From Acidimicrobiales bacterium (GTDB lineage Bacteria; Actinomycetota; Acidimicrobiia; Acidimicrobiales; SZUA-35): a DNA stretch of 40,022 bases. Numbering within the stretch: the stretch's first letter is position 1; each line of letters starts with the position of its first letter. The translations under genes and the position numbers were made by a program. The notes under the pieces were generated by a model. The model saw nothing but the letters and a program-made list of their open reading frames with translations. It did no database searches and was not told the origin of the DNA. Of the stretch, positions 26,761 through 33,850 are shown one piece after another. The stretch is from NCBI GenBank assembly GCA_041584095.1, contig JBFHEP010000002.1, positions 1 through 40,022 on the forward strand, read 5' to 3'.

Positions 26761-28035
26761 TCAGCCTCTCGGCCCCTCCGCCACGCCCGCGTCGGCCAGC
26801 GCCGGTAGCGCTCGATCGACAATGGTACCGGCGATCTCGAGGGAGGCCGTCGCCGCCGGGGATGGGGCATTGCACACGTGCAGCGCCCTCGGGCGATCGA
26901 CGAGGAGGAAGTCGTCGACCAGCGAACCGTCGGGTTTCAGCGCCTGGGCCCGGATCCCGGACGGGGAGGGCACCAGGTCTTCGGATCGGACCTCGGGGAT
27001 CAGCTCCTGGAGCGAGGCGGTGAACCGTTTACGGCTGAACGACCGGAGCACCTCGTCGATCCCGGTGTGCCAGTGTTTGGCGGCGAGGCGCCAGAATCCC
27101 GGGTAGGCGAGGACCTCCGCCAGCTCGCTCAGATTCACGTCGGTTTTCGAGTAGCCTTCGCGGGCCAGGGCGAGCACGGCGTTCGGGCCGGCGTGTACGC
27201 CGCCGCCGATCATCTTGGTGAAGTGCACGCCGAGGAATGGGAACGCTGGATCGGGCACCGGGTAGATGAGCGTGCGGACGAGGTGCTCCCGTTCCGGTAC
27301 GAGCTCGTAGTATTCGCCGCGGAACGGAACGATCTTGGCGCCGGGGTCACCCCCCTCGGCTCGGGCGAGCTTGTCGGAATACTGGCCGCCGCAGGTGATC
27401 ACGAAGCGGGTTCGGATCTCGCCCCGGTCGGTGATGACCCGGTGAGAGCCGGAATCGGGTTGGATGCCGGTGACCTTCTCGCCGAGGCGGATGGTGACTC
27501 CCCGGCTGCAGGCCTGGTCGGCCAGGGCGTGGCACACGGCGACGAAGTCGATGATGCCGGTACTGGGCACCCTGATGGCGCCGACGCAGTTGACGTACGG
27601 CTCGATCTCGACTGCCTCGGAGGGCGAGATGAGCGACACGTCGAGCCCGTTCTCCTTACCTCGATCGCTGAGGGCTCGCATCCGATCGAGCTGCTCGGGT
27701 CGGGTGGCGACGATCAGCTTCCCGCACAGCTCATGGGCGATGCCGTGTTCGGCTGCGAAGCGGACCATCGAGTCACGACCGGCTCGGCACAGCTTGGCTT
27801 TGAGGCTGCCCGGTGCGTAGTAGATTCCGGAGTGGAGGACTCCGGAGTTCCGTCCGGTCTGGTGGCGGGCCAGTTCGCACTCTTTCTCGATCAGCGTCAT
27901 CGACGCATTCGGCCGGCGCTTCGACAGCTCGGCCGCGACGGCCAATCCGAGAATACCGCCGCCGACAATGACACAGTCCCTCACCGCATTGCTGCCGTCG
28001 TCGCCGCCACGAGATCGCTTCGTCATGGCCACCAC
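26761..28035 (-). CDS. lhgO: L-2-hydroxyglutarate oxidase/dehydrogenase (FAD)
   Basis: Close end-to-end resemblance to E. coli LhgO as I recall it: VIVGGGILGL, HQTGRNSGVLHSGIYYAPGSLKAKLC, PFRGEYYEL, LIYPVPDPAFPFLGVHFT, GPNAVLALAREGY, GIRAQAL.PDGSLVDDFL, HVCNAPSPAATASL. GTG at 28035 sits 8 nt after AGGAGGG. Confidence 0.9.
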   Translation of the reverse strand: MVAMTKRSRGGDDGSNAVRDCVIVGGGILGLAVAAELSKRRPNASMTLIEKECELARHQTGRNSGVLHSGIYYAPGSLKAKLCRAGRDSMVRFAAEHGIAHELCGKLIVATRPEQLDRMRALSDRGKENGLDVSLISPSEAVEIEPYVNCVGAIRVPSTGIIDFVAVCHALADQACSRGVTIRLGEKVTGIQPDSGSHRVITDRGEIRTRFVITCGGQYSDKLARAEGGDPGAKIVPFRGEYYELVPEREHLVRTLIYPVPDPAFPFLGVHFTKMIGGGVHAGPNAVLALAREGYSKTDVNLSELAEVLAYPGFWRLAAKHWHTGIDEVLRSFSRKRFTASLQELIPEVRSEDLVPSPSGIRAQALKPDGSLVDDFLLVDRPRALHVCNAPSPAATASLEIAGTIVDRALPALADAGVAEGPRG

Positions 28036-28107
28036 GATAGAGGCCCTCCTTCGGAGCCCGCCGGCCGCGTCCCCGCCTTCTTGCCGGGGAGGAAACGTCG
28101 ACGTACG

Positions 28108-28800
28108 ATGCCGTTGATGTCGTTGCCGGGCCTCGGCCTGCTGGTTTCTCTGATCGGTGCGGAGGTCGGTCGGGCGCGTTCGCGATCCGGCACCGATGAC
28201 GGCGACGGCGAGGATCGGGCGGTACTCGATCGCCTGTCAGTCGCCCTGATCGGTCTGGTTCCGACCCAGCCACCGATGCCGACGTCGCATCCTGCATTGG
28301 ATCGTTGGCTCGACCCGGCCGTGTCGGCGGCGCCCGAACAGCAACGTCCGCTCGCCGAGGCCTTTCGTTCCGTTTCCCCGTACCTCGGCTGGAAGACGGC
28401 CTATGCCGGGGCTCCAACCTCGCAGGCCATGCGCCGTTTCTGGACCAATTACGCGTATGCACCGCTGGTGTCGCCCCGCAGGGACGACGGCGGGGAAAGC
28501 CCACTGCTGTCGCCCGAGATAAACCTCTATCTGGTGGTTCAGGGCGCCGGTGTCACCTACGGCCGCCACCATCACCCGGCGATCGAGGTGTACGGCGTCG
28601 TCTCGGGCACGGCTCGCTGGTTGCGTGGCGATGACGGGTTCCTGCCCCGCAGCCCCGGCAACGTCTTCGTCCATCATCCAAGCGTGGTGCACGCAACGAC
28701 CACCGGGGCCGAGCCGACGATCTCGTGGGTGGCCTGGCTCGGTGACCTGCTATCCCGTCCGATGCTGGAGACATCGAACGGGCCGGTCGTTACTGCATGA
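28108..28800 (+). CDS. cupin-fold protein, DMSP-lyase-like family (DddQ/DddL-type metal motif)
   Basis: ATG at 28108. C-terminal cupin with YGRHHHPAIEVYGVVSGTARW...VHHPSVVHAT, which fits the Y-x-x-H-x-H-x-A-x-E-x-Y-x-x-x-x-G signature I recall for DMSP-lyase cupins. The first 410 codons of the track ORF 26878..28800 are antisense to lhgO. Confidence 0.6.
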   Translation: MPLMSLPGLGLLVSLIGAEVGRARSRSGTDDGDGEDRAVLDRLSVALIGLVPTQPPMPTSHPALDRWLDPAVSAAPEQQRPLAEAFRSVSPYLGWKTAYAGAPTSQAMRRFWTNYAYAPLVSPRRDDGGESPLLSPEINLYLVVQGAGVTYGRHHHPAIEVYGVVSGTARWLRGDDGFLPRSPGNVFVHHPSVVHATTTGAEPTISWVAWLGDLLSRPMLETSNGPVVTA

Positions 28801-30142
28801 GATCCGCTTCGATGTCGCCCGGCCGCAGACGCAGGCGAGCCGCCGCTGTGACTTCCACCGCGGCCATCATGAGGATCCACAGCTGATAGACGTCCAAGCC
28901 CAGGATCTCGAACGGCGAGGCCACAGCGGTCGCTGCGATCAGGAATCCGGCCACGAACAGGTTCAGCTGGAATGTCGTCGATCCGATGACGTCGAGCATG
29001 GTCATGACCCGCACGGAGTTGGTGGTGTCGATTCGTCGGTGCATCAGCTCCATCGAGGCCGTTCCCGTGACATTTCGGGCCGCGGAGCCTACGGCGGCCA
29101 GTAGGAACAGCAGACCCGTGCCCGATGTCGTCGTGAGCGGGCCGTTCATGGTTGCGAGGCCGACGGTGCAGACCGCGGTCAGGACGGCCCCGCTCCGGAT
29201 CGCCGCGAGCACATGCCGTCCGGGGTCTCGCCACAGCAGCGACGCCACGATTCCTCCGGCCGACAGCGCGGCCCCCAGCAGGCCGAGATTGCCTGTCGGC
29301 CACAGGGTGATGGCGGCGTAGGTCACCAGCAGTGGCCAGCGGCCCAGCGCCAGTGCGGCGGTCATGAGGTAGAGACTCCAGATCCCCGCCGGGAGGGGTT
29401 GCCGCTTCGGGCCGGTGGCATCGATGACCGATTCCGGACGTGAACCCGAATCGGAAACCTCATCCGGCGGGGCGGGGATCTGACGAAGGGTGTCGGCCAC
29501 GACGAGAACGGCCACACCGATCACCAGTAGGAAGACGGTCCGGCCTGTTCGGTCGAGTGCGCCGACGAGAATGGTTGAACCAAGGATGACCGTTCCTCGA
29601 ATGGCGGCCGCCGGTCCGAGCATGAACGCCCGCTGCACCGGCGAGAGGCTGTAGGCGATGAGCGGCTGCCAGGCGGTGGCCATCAGCACCGATACCGAGA
29701 TCTCGGCCGCAATCGCCACCACCAGCGCCAGCCCGGCCACCCACGACCCTGGTTCGGCGAACGCGACCAGCGCGGCCGTGGCCAGCACCATCACGCCCAT
29801 CGTCCAGAGGAACAGCCGCACGTTGTGGCGTGCTCGGTGCAAGGGAATTCGGGCGGCCCAGATCTGGATGGGAATCGACAGCGTGCCCAATCCGAGCGCG
29901 ATCCCGATGGCCCGCGGGCCGAGCGCCAGGCTCTCCACCGCGAGGATCTGGAAGATCGCGTGACCATCGACGCCGATCGACAGGGCGCTCAGAAAGCCGA
30001 CGATGCCGACCGCGAACAGGCGCTGTTTCACCTTCTCCGATCCGATCGGCAGGGTCACAGACACCGCATCACCGTAGTGGCCGTCGGTCGGCGCCTCCTG
30101 GAGATCGCGCTCTGACTTCGTCGATCCCGGTCGTCTGGCCAC
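28790..30142 (-). CDS. polytopic membrane transporter (MFS-like, ~12 TM)
   Basis: 450 aa, almost entirely hydrophobic helices in two halves, with a cytoplasmic N-terminal tail. I saw no specific signature. The 3' end overlaps the cupin gene by 11 nt (convergent). Confidence 0.6.
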   Translation of the reverse strand: MARRPGSTKSERDLQEAPTDGHYGDAVSVTLPIGSEKVKQRLFAVGIVGFLSALSIGVDGHAIFQILAVESLALGPRAIGIALGLGTLSIPIQIWAARIPLHRARHNVRLFLWTMGVMVLATAALVAFAEPGSWVAGLALVVAIAAEISVSVLMATAWQPLIAYSLSPVQRAFMLGPAAAIRGTVILGSTILVGALDRTGRTVFLLVIGVAVLVVADTLRQIPAPPDEVSDSGSRPESVIDATGPKRQPLPAGIWSLYLMTAALALGRWPLLVTYAAITLWPTGNLGLLGAALSAGGIVASLLWRDPGRHVLAAIRSGAVLTAVCTVGLATMNGPLTTTSGTGLLFLLAAVGSAARNVTGTASMELMHRRIDTTNSVRVMTMLDVIGSTTFQLNLFVAGFLIAATAVASPFEILGLDVYQLWILMMAAVEVTAAARLRLRPGDIEADLMQ

Positions 30143-30189
30143 ATCGCCGAACCGCTACCCTCGGTGCGCAGACGAGTGAGGGTCCGGAA

Positions 30190-31338
30190 GTGAGCAACTT
30201 GACGACGGCGCTGGAGGACATCCTGGTGGTGGCGGTCGAGCAGGCCGTGGCCGCCCCCGTCTGCACGGCTCGGCTGCGGGACGCCGGAGCTCGGATCATC
30301 AAGATCGAGCGTCCCGAAGGGGATTTCGCCCGTGGCTACGACACTGCGGCCGGCGGCGACAGCTCGTATTTCGCCTGGGCCAATCACGGGAAGGAGTCGG
30401 TCGTGCTCGACTTCAAGAAGCCCGACGACGCCGCCCTGCTGAGGCGCCTGGTCGCCGCCGCGGATGTGTTCGTGCAGAACCTGGTGCCCGGTGCGCTCGA
30501 ACGTGCCGGGTTCGGATCCGCTCGCCTCCGGTCCGACCACCCTCCGCTCATCACTCTCGACATCAGCGGCTACGGCGAGTCTCCCGAGCTGGCGGACAAG
30601 AAGGCCTATGACCTCCTCGTCCAGGCCGAGAGCGGACTGATCGGGATTTCGGGCGGCCCGAACGAACTCGGTCGGATCGGGGTTTCGGTTTGCGACATCG
30701 GCACCGGGGTCACCGCCTACGGTGCCGTGTTGGAGGCGCTGCTGGCCCGAACCATGACCGGCCAAGGTCGGAGCATCCGTCTCTCGCTGTTCGACATGAT
30801 GGCCGAGTGGATGTCGGTACCCCTCGTCCAGCACGAGTACGGAGATGGCGGCCCGACCAGGGTCGGGCTTCGCCATCCGACGATTGCCCCCTACGGAGCC
30901 TACGCCACATCCGAGGGAGCTCTGACGCTCATCTCGATCCAGAACGAACGGGAGTGGGTCCGGTTGTGCGCCGAGACTCTGGCCGACCCGGACCTGGTCG
31001 ACGATCCGCGGTTCATGTCCAACAACGATCGGGTGGCGAACCGGGAGGCACTGGAGGTGGAGCTGGATCGGCGGATCCGAGCACTCGATCGGGCCGAGTT
31101 CCACCGCCGTCTCGCCGCCGCGACCATCGCCTACGGTTCGGTCAACTCGCTCGACGATCTGGCCGCCCACCCGGCGCTGCGTCGTCGTACGATTGTGAGC
31201 AGCAGCGGGACCGCCGTCGACCTGGCCGCCCACCCCGTTCGGTGGACCGACGGCGATCGAACCGACGGGTCCACCGCGGCACCCGTGGTTCCTGCAGTCG
31301 GCGAGCACACCGAAGCCGTCCGGGCGGAGTTCTCCTGA
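30190..31338 (+). CDS. family III (CaiB/BaiF-type) CoA-transferase
   Basis: GTG at 30190 (VSNLTTALEDILVVAVEQAVAAPVCTARLRDAGARIIKIERPEGDFARGY). Active-site Asp context GVSVCDIGTGV. The length (~382 aa) is typical of the family. Confidence 0.85.
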   Translation: MSNLTTALEDILVVAVEQAVAAPVCTARLRDAGARIIKIERPEGDFARGYDTAAGGDSSYFAWANHGKESVVLDFKKPDDAALLRRLVAAADVFVQNLVPGALERAGFGSARLRSDHPPLITLDISGYGESPELADKKAYDLLVQAESGLIGISGGPNELGRIGVSVCDIGTGVTAYGAVLEALLARTMTGQGRSIRLSLFDMMAEWMSVPLVQHEYGDGGPTRVGLRHPTIAPYGAYATSEGALTLISIQNEREWVRLCAETLADPDLVDDPRFMSNNDRVANREALEVELDRRIRALDRAEFHRRLAAATIAYGSVNSLDDLAAHPALRRRTIVSSSGTAVDLAAHPVRWTDGDRTDGSTAAPVVPAVGEHTEAVRAEFS

Positions 31339-31503
31339 ACCAACTGCGCCGACCGGTCGGCTCGGATGGCAAAGGGCAGAAATCTTCGACGATGCGGGAA
31401 CTTTTCCCCGCTGTATCGCGACTCAGTATTCGAACGGACAGCAAATCTTTGCTTGCGGGTGAGAACTTTCGAGTGCGGTAGAGCTGTTCGCTCCACATAG
31501 TTC

Positions 31504-31620
31504 TGACATCTGGCAGCCGGAGTTCCTCTATCCGATGAGTCGGCCTTGGACCACGCGGCGGACCTGAGGCGGGCTTATTGGCCTAAACGCAAACCGCTGA
31601 ACAATGGCTGCCAGATGTCA
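31504..31620. repeat. perfect 15-bp inverted repeat closing an 87-nt interior
   Basis: TGACATCTGGCAGCC (31504-31518) and GGCTGCCAGATGTCA (31606-31620) are exact reverse complements. Located in an ORF-less, GC-poor spacer. Confidence 0.9.
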
Positions 31621-31624
31621 CTCT

Positions 31625-31682
31625 CTCTCCGACGGCTTTCCTCCCCGGACCGATACCGGTCCTTCCTCTCGCCGTCGGAGAG
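31625..31682. repeat. nested hairpin: perfect 12-bp outer stem, pyrimidine-rich internal loops, 6-bp inner stem
   Basis: CTCTCCGACGGC (31625-31636) pairs with GCCGTCGGAGAG (31671-31682). Inside, TTTCCTCCCC precedes GGACCG-ATAC-CGGTCC (31647-31662), which is followed by TTCCTCTC. Confidence 0.9.
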
Positions 31683-31688
31683 CTGTGT

Positions 31689-31756
31689 AACCAAACTGTG
31701 TGATCGAACATCCAAGAAGAGCGGCTTCGGCCGAACCACAACTGTGGTGTATCGAA
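31689..31756 (+). repeat. two ~20-nt direct repeats flanking a C(UUCG)G tetraloop hairpin
   Basis: AACCAAACTGTGTGATCGAA (31689-31708) and AACCACAACTGTGGTGTATCGAA (31734-31756). CGGC-TTCG-GCCG lies between them at 31722-31733. The UUCG loop reads as such only on the plus strand. Confidence 0.85.
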
Positions 31757-32053
31757 TGAACGTCCTGGCGCGGGGCGTTTGTTCGCGTTTTCGGCCCGTC
31801 GCCACCCTGGTCGGCGCTCGTCAAGAAATCGGAAATACTGGCTCCGGCCTAGCGGCTGTCCACGCCTTTCCAATATCGTGGTGTGGCAAGCGTGTAGGCG
31901 CTCACTGTAGGGACAGCAATCATTCACAACGACGCCGCGATAGTCGATGAACTCCTAACCTTCCTCCAATCGGGCTCGCCGGTCGTCGACGCGCGGCTGG
32001 CCACGATCTACGCGGACGCCGACCCGGATCTTGCCGATCGGCTGCTCGACAGC

Positions 32054-32572
32054 GTGGCCGTCCAGGCCTCCCAGGGTTCGCCCTATGCCCTGCAGTTGCT
32101 TCTCAACCTCATATCGGAGCACCGGCTGGCCTACCCGGGTATCAGCCGCCACATCCTCACCCGCTCGGTGCAGGAGGATGTGGCGCAGGATGTGCTGATC
32201 GCCGTCGCCCGGTCGATCCACCGCTACCGGGGTGATTCGAAGTTCACCACCTGGCTCTACGCCGTTGCCCGGAACACGGCCGTCGCCGAGTTGCGTCGCA
32301 GCCGTTCCGCGGTCTCGTACGATGACGAGTCGAACAACGAACAGGACGCCCTGCGTTTCAGCTCCCGGGCCACCGATCGCCAGATCATTCAGACTGCCAT
32401 CGGGCAACTCCCAGCGATTTTCCGTGAAATCGTCTACCTGCGTGACGTGCAGCGAATGAGTTACGAGGACATCGCCAATCACGAAGGCATCGCCATCAAC
32501 ACCGTTCGATCCCGCCTGTCACGGGGTCGGGCGCTTCTCGCCACGGAGCTGGCGGCATTCCGAGGCCTATGA
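32054..32572 (+). CDS. ECF-type RNA polymerase sigma-70 family factor
   Basis: Region 2: EDVAQDVLIAVARSIHRYRGDSKFTTWLYAVARNTAVAELRR. Region 4: REIVYLRDVQRMSYEDIANHEGIAINTVRSRLSRGRALL. GTG at 32054 is the first canonical start, but the frame is open and codon-biased from about 31920. The stop overlaps the kinase ATG (ATGA). Confidence 0.85.
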   Translation: MAVQASQGSPYALQLLLNLISEHRLAYPGISRHILTRSVQEDVAQDVLIAVARSIHRYRGDSKFTTWLYAVARNTAVAELRRSRSAVSYDDESNNEQDALRFSSRATDRQIIQTAIGQLPAIFREIVYLRDVQRMSYEDIANHEGIAINTVRSRLSRGRALLATELAAFRGL

Positions 32573-33507
32573 CGAATCTGCCGACCGCACGTTCGAAGCG
32601 AATCGACAAGTATCGAATCATCGCGCCGATCGGTGTCGGCTCATCGGCTACGGTCTACCGGGCGATCGACGAGTCGAGCGGCTACGAGGTGGCGATCAAA
32701 GTGCTGGCGGAGAACCTCAGCCTGCTACCGGAACCGCGTCAGCGGTTCTACGACGAGGCGGAGATTCTCCGAGGGATCGACAGCCCGGCCATCGCCCGGA
32801 TCTACCACGTGGGCGAGACCGACACCGGGCAGCCGTTCATGGTGCTCGAGCTGGCCGACAGAGGTGACCTGCGTCGCCGAGTCGATGAGCTGCGAGCCCG
32901 GGCCGAGTCGATCGACTGGACCGATCTCTGGGCCCTGGGCCGTCACCTGCACGAGGCACTCAGCTCGTTACATCAGCGCGGCATCATTCACCGCGACGTC
33001 TCGCCGGGCAATATCCTCATCCAACATCGCAGCGAACTGACCGGCCTGTCGGCGGCCAACCTGCTCGAACCAGGGGAACGATTCATCCTGTCCGACCTCG
33101 GCTTCGCCAAAGATCTGGAGTGGGCCTCGGGCTTCACCGCCGGCGGCGGAACGAGGGGTTTCGCCTCCCCCGAGCAGTTGAATGAGGTGACCGTCGTCGA
33201 TCATCGAACCGACATCTTCAGCGCCTCCGCCGTGATCGACTGGACGGTTTACGACGGTCCGTTCGCGAAGGCGCTCGAACCGTTTCTGCTGAAGGGCCTG
33301 GCCGACGATCCGGACGATCGCTTCGAGACGATCGACGAGTGGTACGACGCGTTCGTCGATGCCATGGATGTCATCGAGTCGTGGGACGACCCGCCCCGCC
33401 GAGGCGGTTGGCTTCCCGCAGCGCTCGTGTTCATCGCCGGAATCGCTCTCATCGTGCTGGTCTTGTGGTTCACCGACTCGCTGAGCGAGCTGATCGACGC
33501 GCTGTGA
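32569..33507 (+). CDS. Hanks-type Ser/Thr protein kinase, tail-anchored, no extracellular sensor domain
   Basis: Motifs: IGVGSSATVY (Gly loop), VAIKVL, DEAEIL, HRDVSPGNILI, SDLGFAK, GTRGFASPEQ. One C-terminal TM helix (WLPAALVFIAGIALIVLVLWF) is followed by only 11 residues. Confidence 0.88.
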   Translation: MTNLPTARSKRIDKYRIIAPIGVGSSATVYRAIDESSGYEVAIKVLAENLSLLPEPRQRFYDEAEILRGIDSPAIARIYHVGETDTGQPFMVLELADRGDLRRRVDELRARAESIDWTDLWALGRHLHEALSSLHQRGIIHRDVSPGNILIQHRSELTGLSAANLLEPGERFILSDLGFAKDLEWASGFTAGGGTRGFASPEQLNEVTVVDHRTDIFSASAVIDWTVYDGPFAKALEPFLLKGLADDPDDRFETIDEWYDAFVDAMDVIESWDDPPRRGGWLPAALVFIAGIALIVLVLWFTDSLSELIDAL

Positions 33508-33570
33508 GGTTGACCGGTCGGGGGACGAGCAGCGAGCCACGAGGAGCAGGGACCGCAGCGCCGGAACGCC

Positions 33571-33601
33571 CATGTGCCCGGACCAACGGCCCGGGCACAT
33601 G
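33571..33601 (+). terminator. strong hairpin 63 nt downstream of the kinase stop, candidate U-tail-less terminator
   Basis: CATGTGCCCGG (33571-33581), loop ACCAACGGC, CCGGGCACATG (33591-33601). The stem is a perfect 11 bp. There is no T-run after it. Confidence 0.45.
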
Positions 33602-33759
33602 TCCAACTCCGGAAGCTCACGCGGTATCTTCCTGAACGCCACATGGGCGTTTCCTGGTGAGAAAATCGGGGAGTTCCGAGGTTGGAGTTCGACTATCGAT
33701 CGCTGCTCAGTTATCTGTCACAACGTTCGAAAGGAGAACCTTCTCCTGAGTCCTGGTTT

Positions 33760-33850
33760 GCGGCGGATCATCCACAGAGATACCTGTTGTCTCAGCGTGC
33801 GTTACCGGAAATCCCTTACGGGAAATCTCAGTGTGCGGCAGATCATCCAC
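33760..33850. repeat. direct repeats GCGGCrGATCATCCAC (x2) interleaved with TCTCAGyGTGCG (x2) and GGAAATC (x2)
   Basis: GCGGCGGATCATCCAC at 33760-33775 and GCGGCAGATCATCCAC at 33835-33850. TCTCAGCGTGCG at 33790-33801 and TCTCAGTGTGCG at 33826-33837. GGAAATC at 33807-33813 and 33821-33827. Confidence 0.85.

Noticed and set aside
26878-28107. First 410 codons of the 640-aa plus-strand ORF 26878..28800
   Set aside because: This part is antisense to lhgO, which matches LhgO end to end. Only the last ~230 codons (from the ATG at 28108) look like a real protein, the cupin.
31349-31360. 12-nt palindrome CCGACCGGTCGG just after the CoA-transferase stop, considered as a terminator
   Set aside because: With no loop, it would fold into only a ~4-bp stem, and no T-run follows. 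It may be a protein-binding or restriction-type palindrome, but I cannot support a terminator call.
31580-31597. GGCCTAAACGCAAACCGC, reminiscent of the ACGCAAAGC / CCUAAAC segments of the c-di-GMP-I (GEMM) riboswitch
   Set aside because: Only one of the two GCAAA elements is present within a reasonable distance. I could not build the P1/P2/P3 fold or find the GNRA tetraloop partner. I treat it as chance resemblance unless cmscan says otherwise.
31546-31950. 134-aa plus-strand ORF and 114-aa minus-strand ORF in the first spacer
   Set aside because: Their translations are Cys/Arg/Ser-rich, third-position GC is low relative to the host, there is no Shine-Dalgarno sequence, and the ORFs run straight through the perfect stems.
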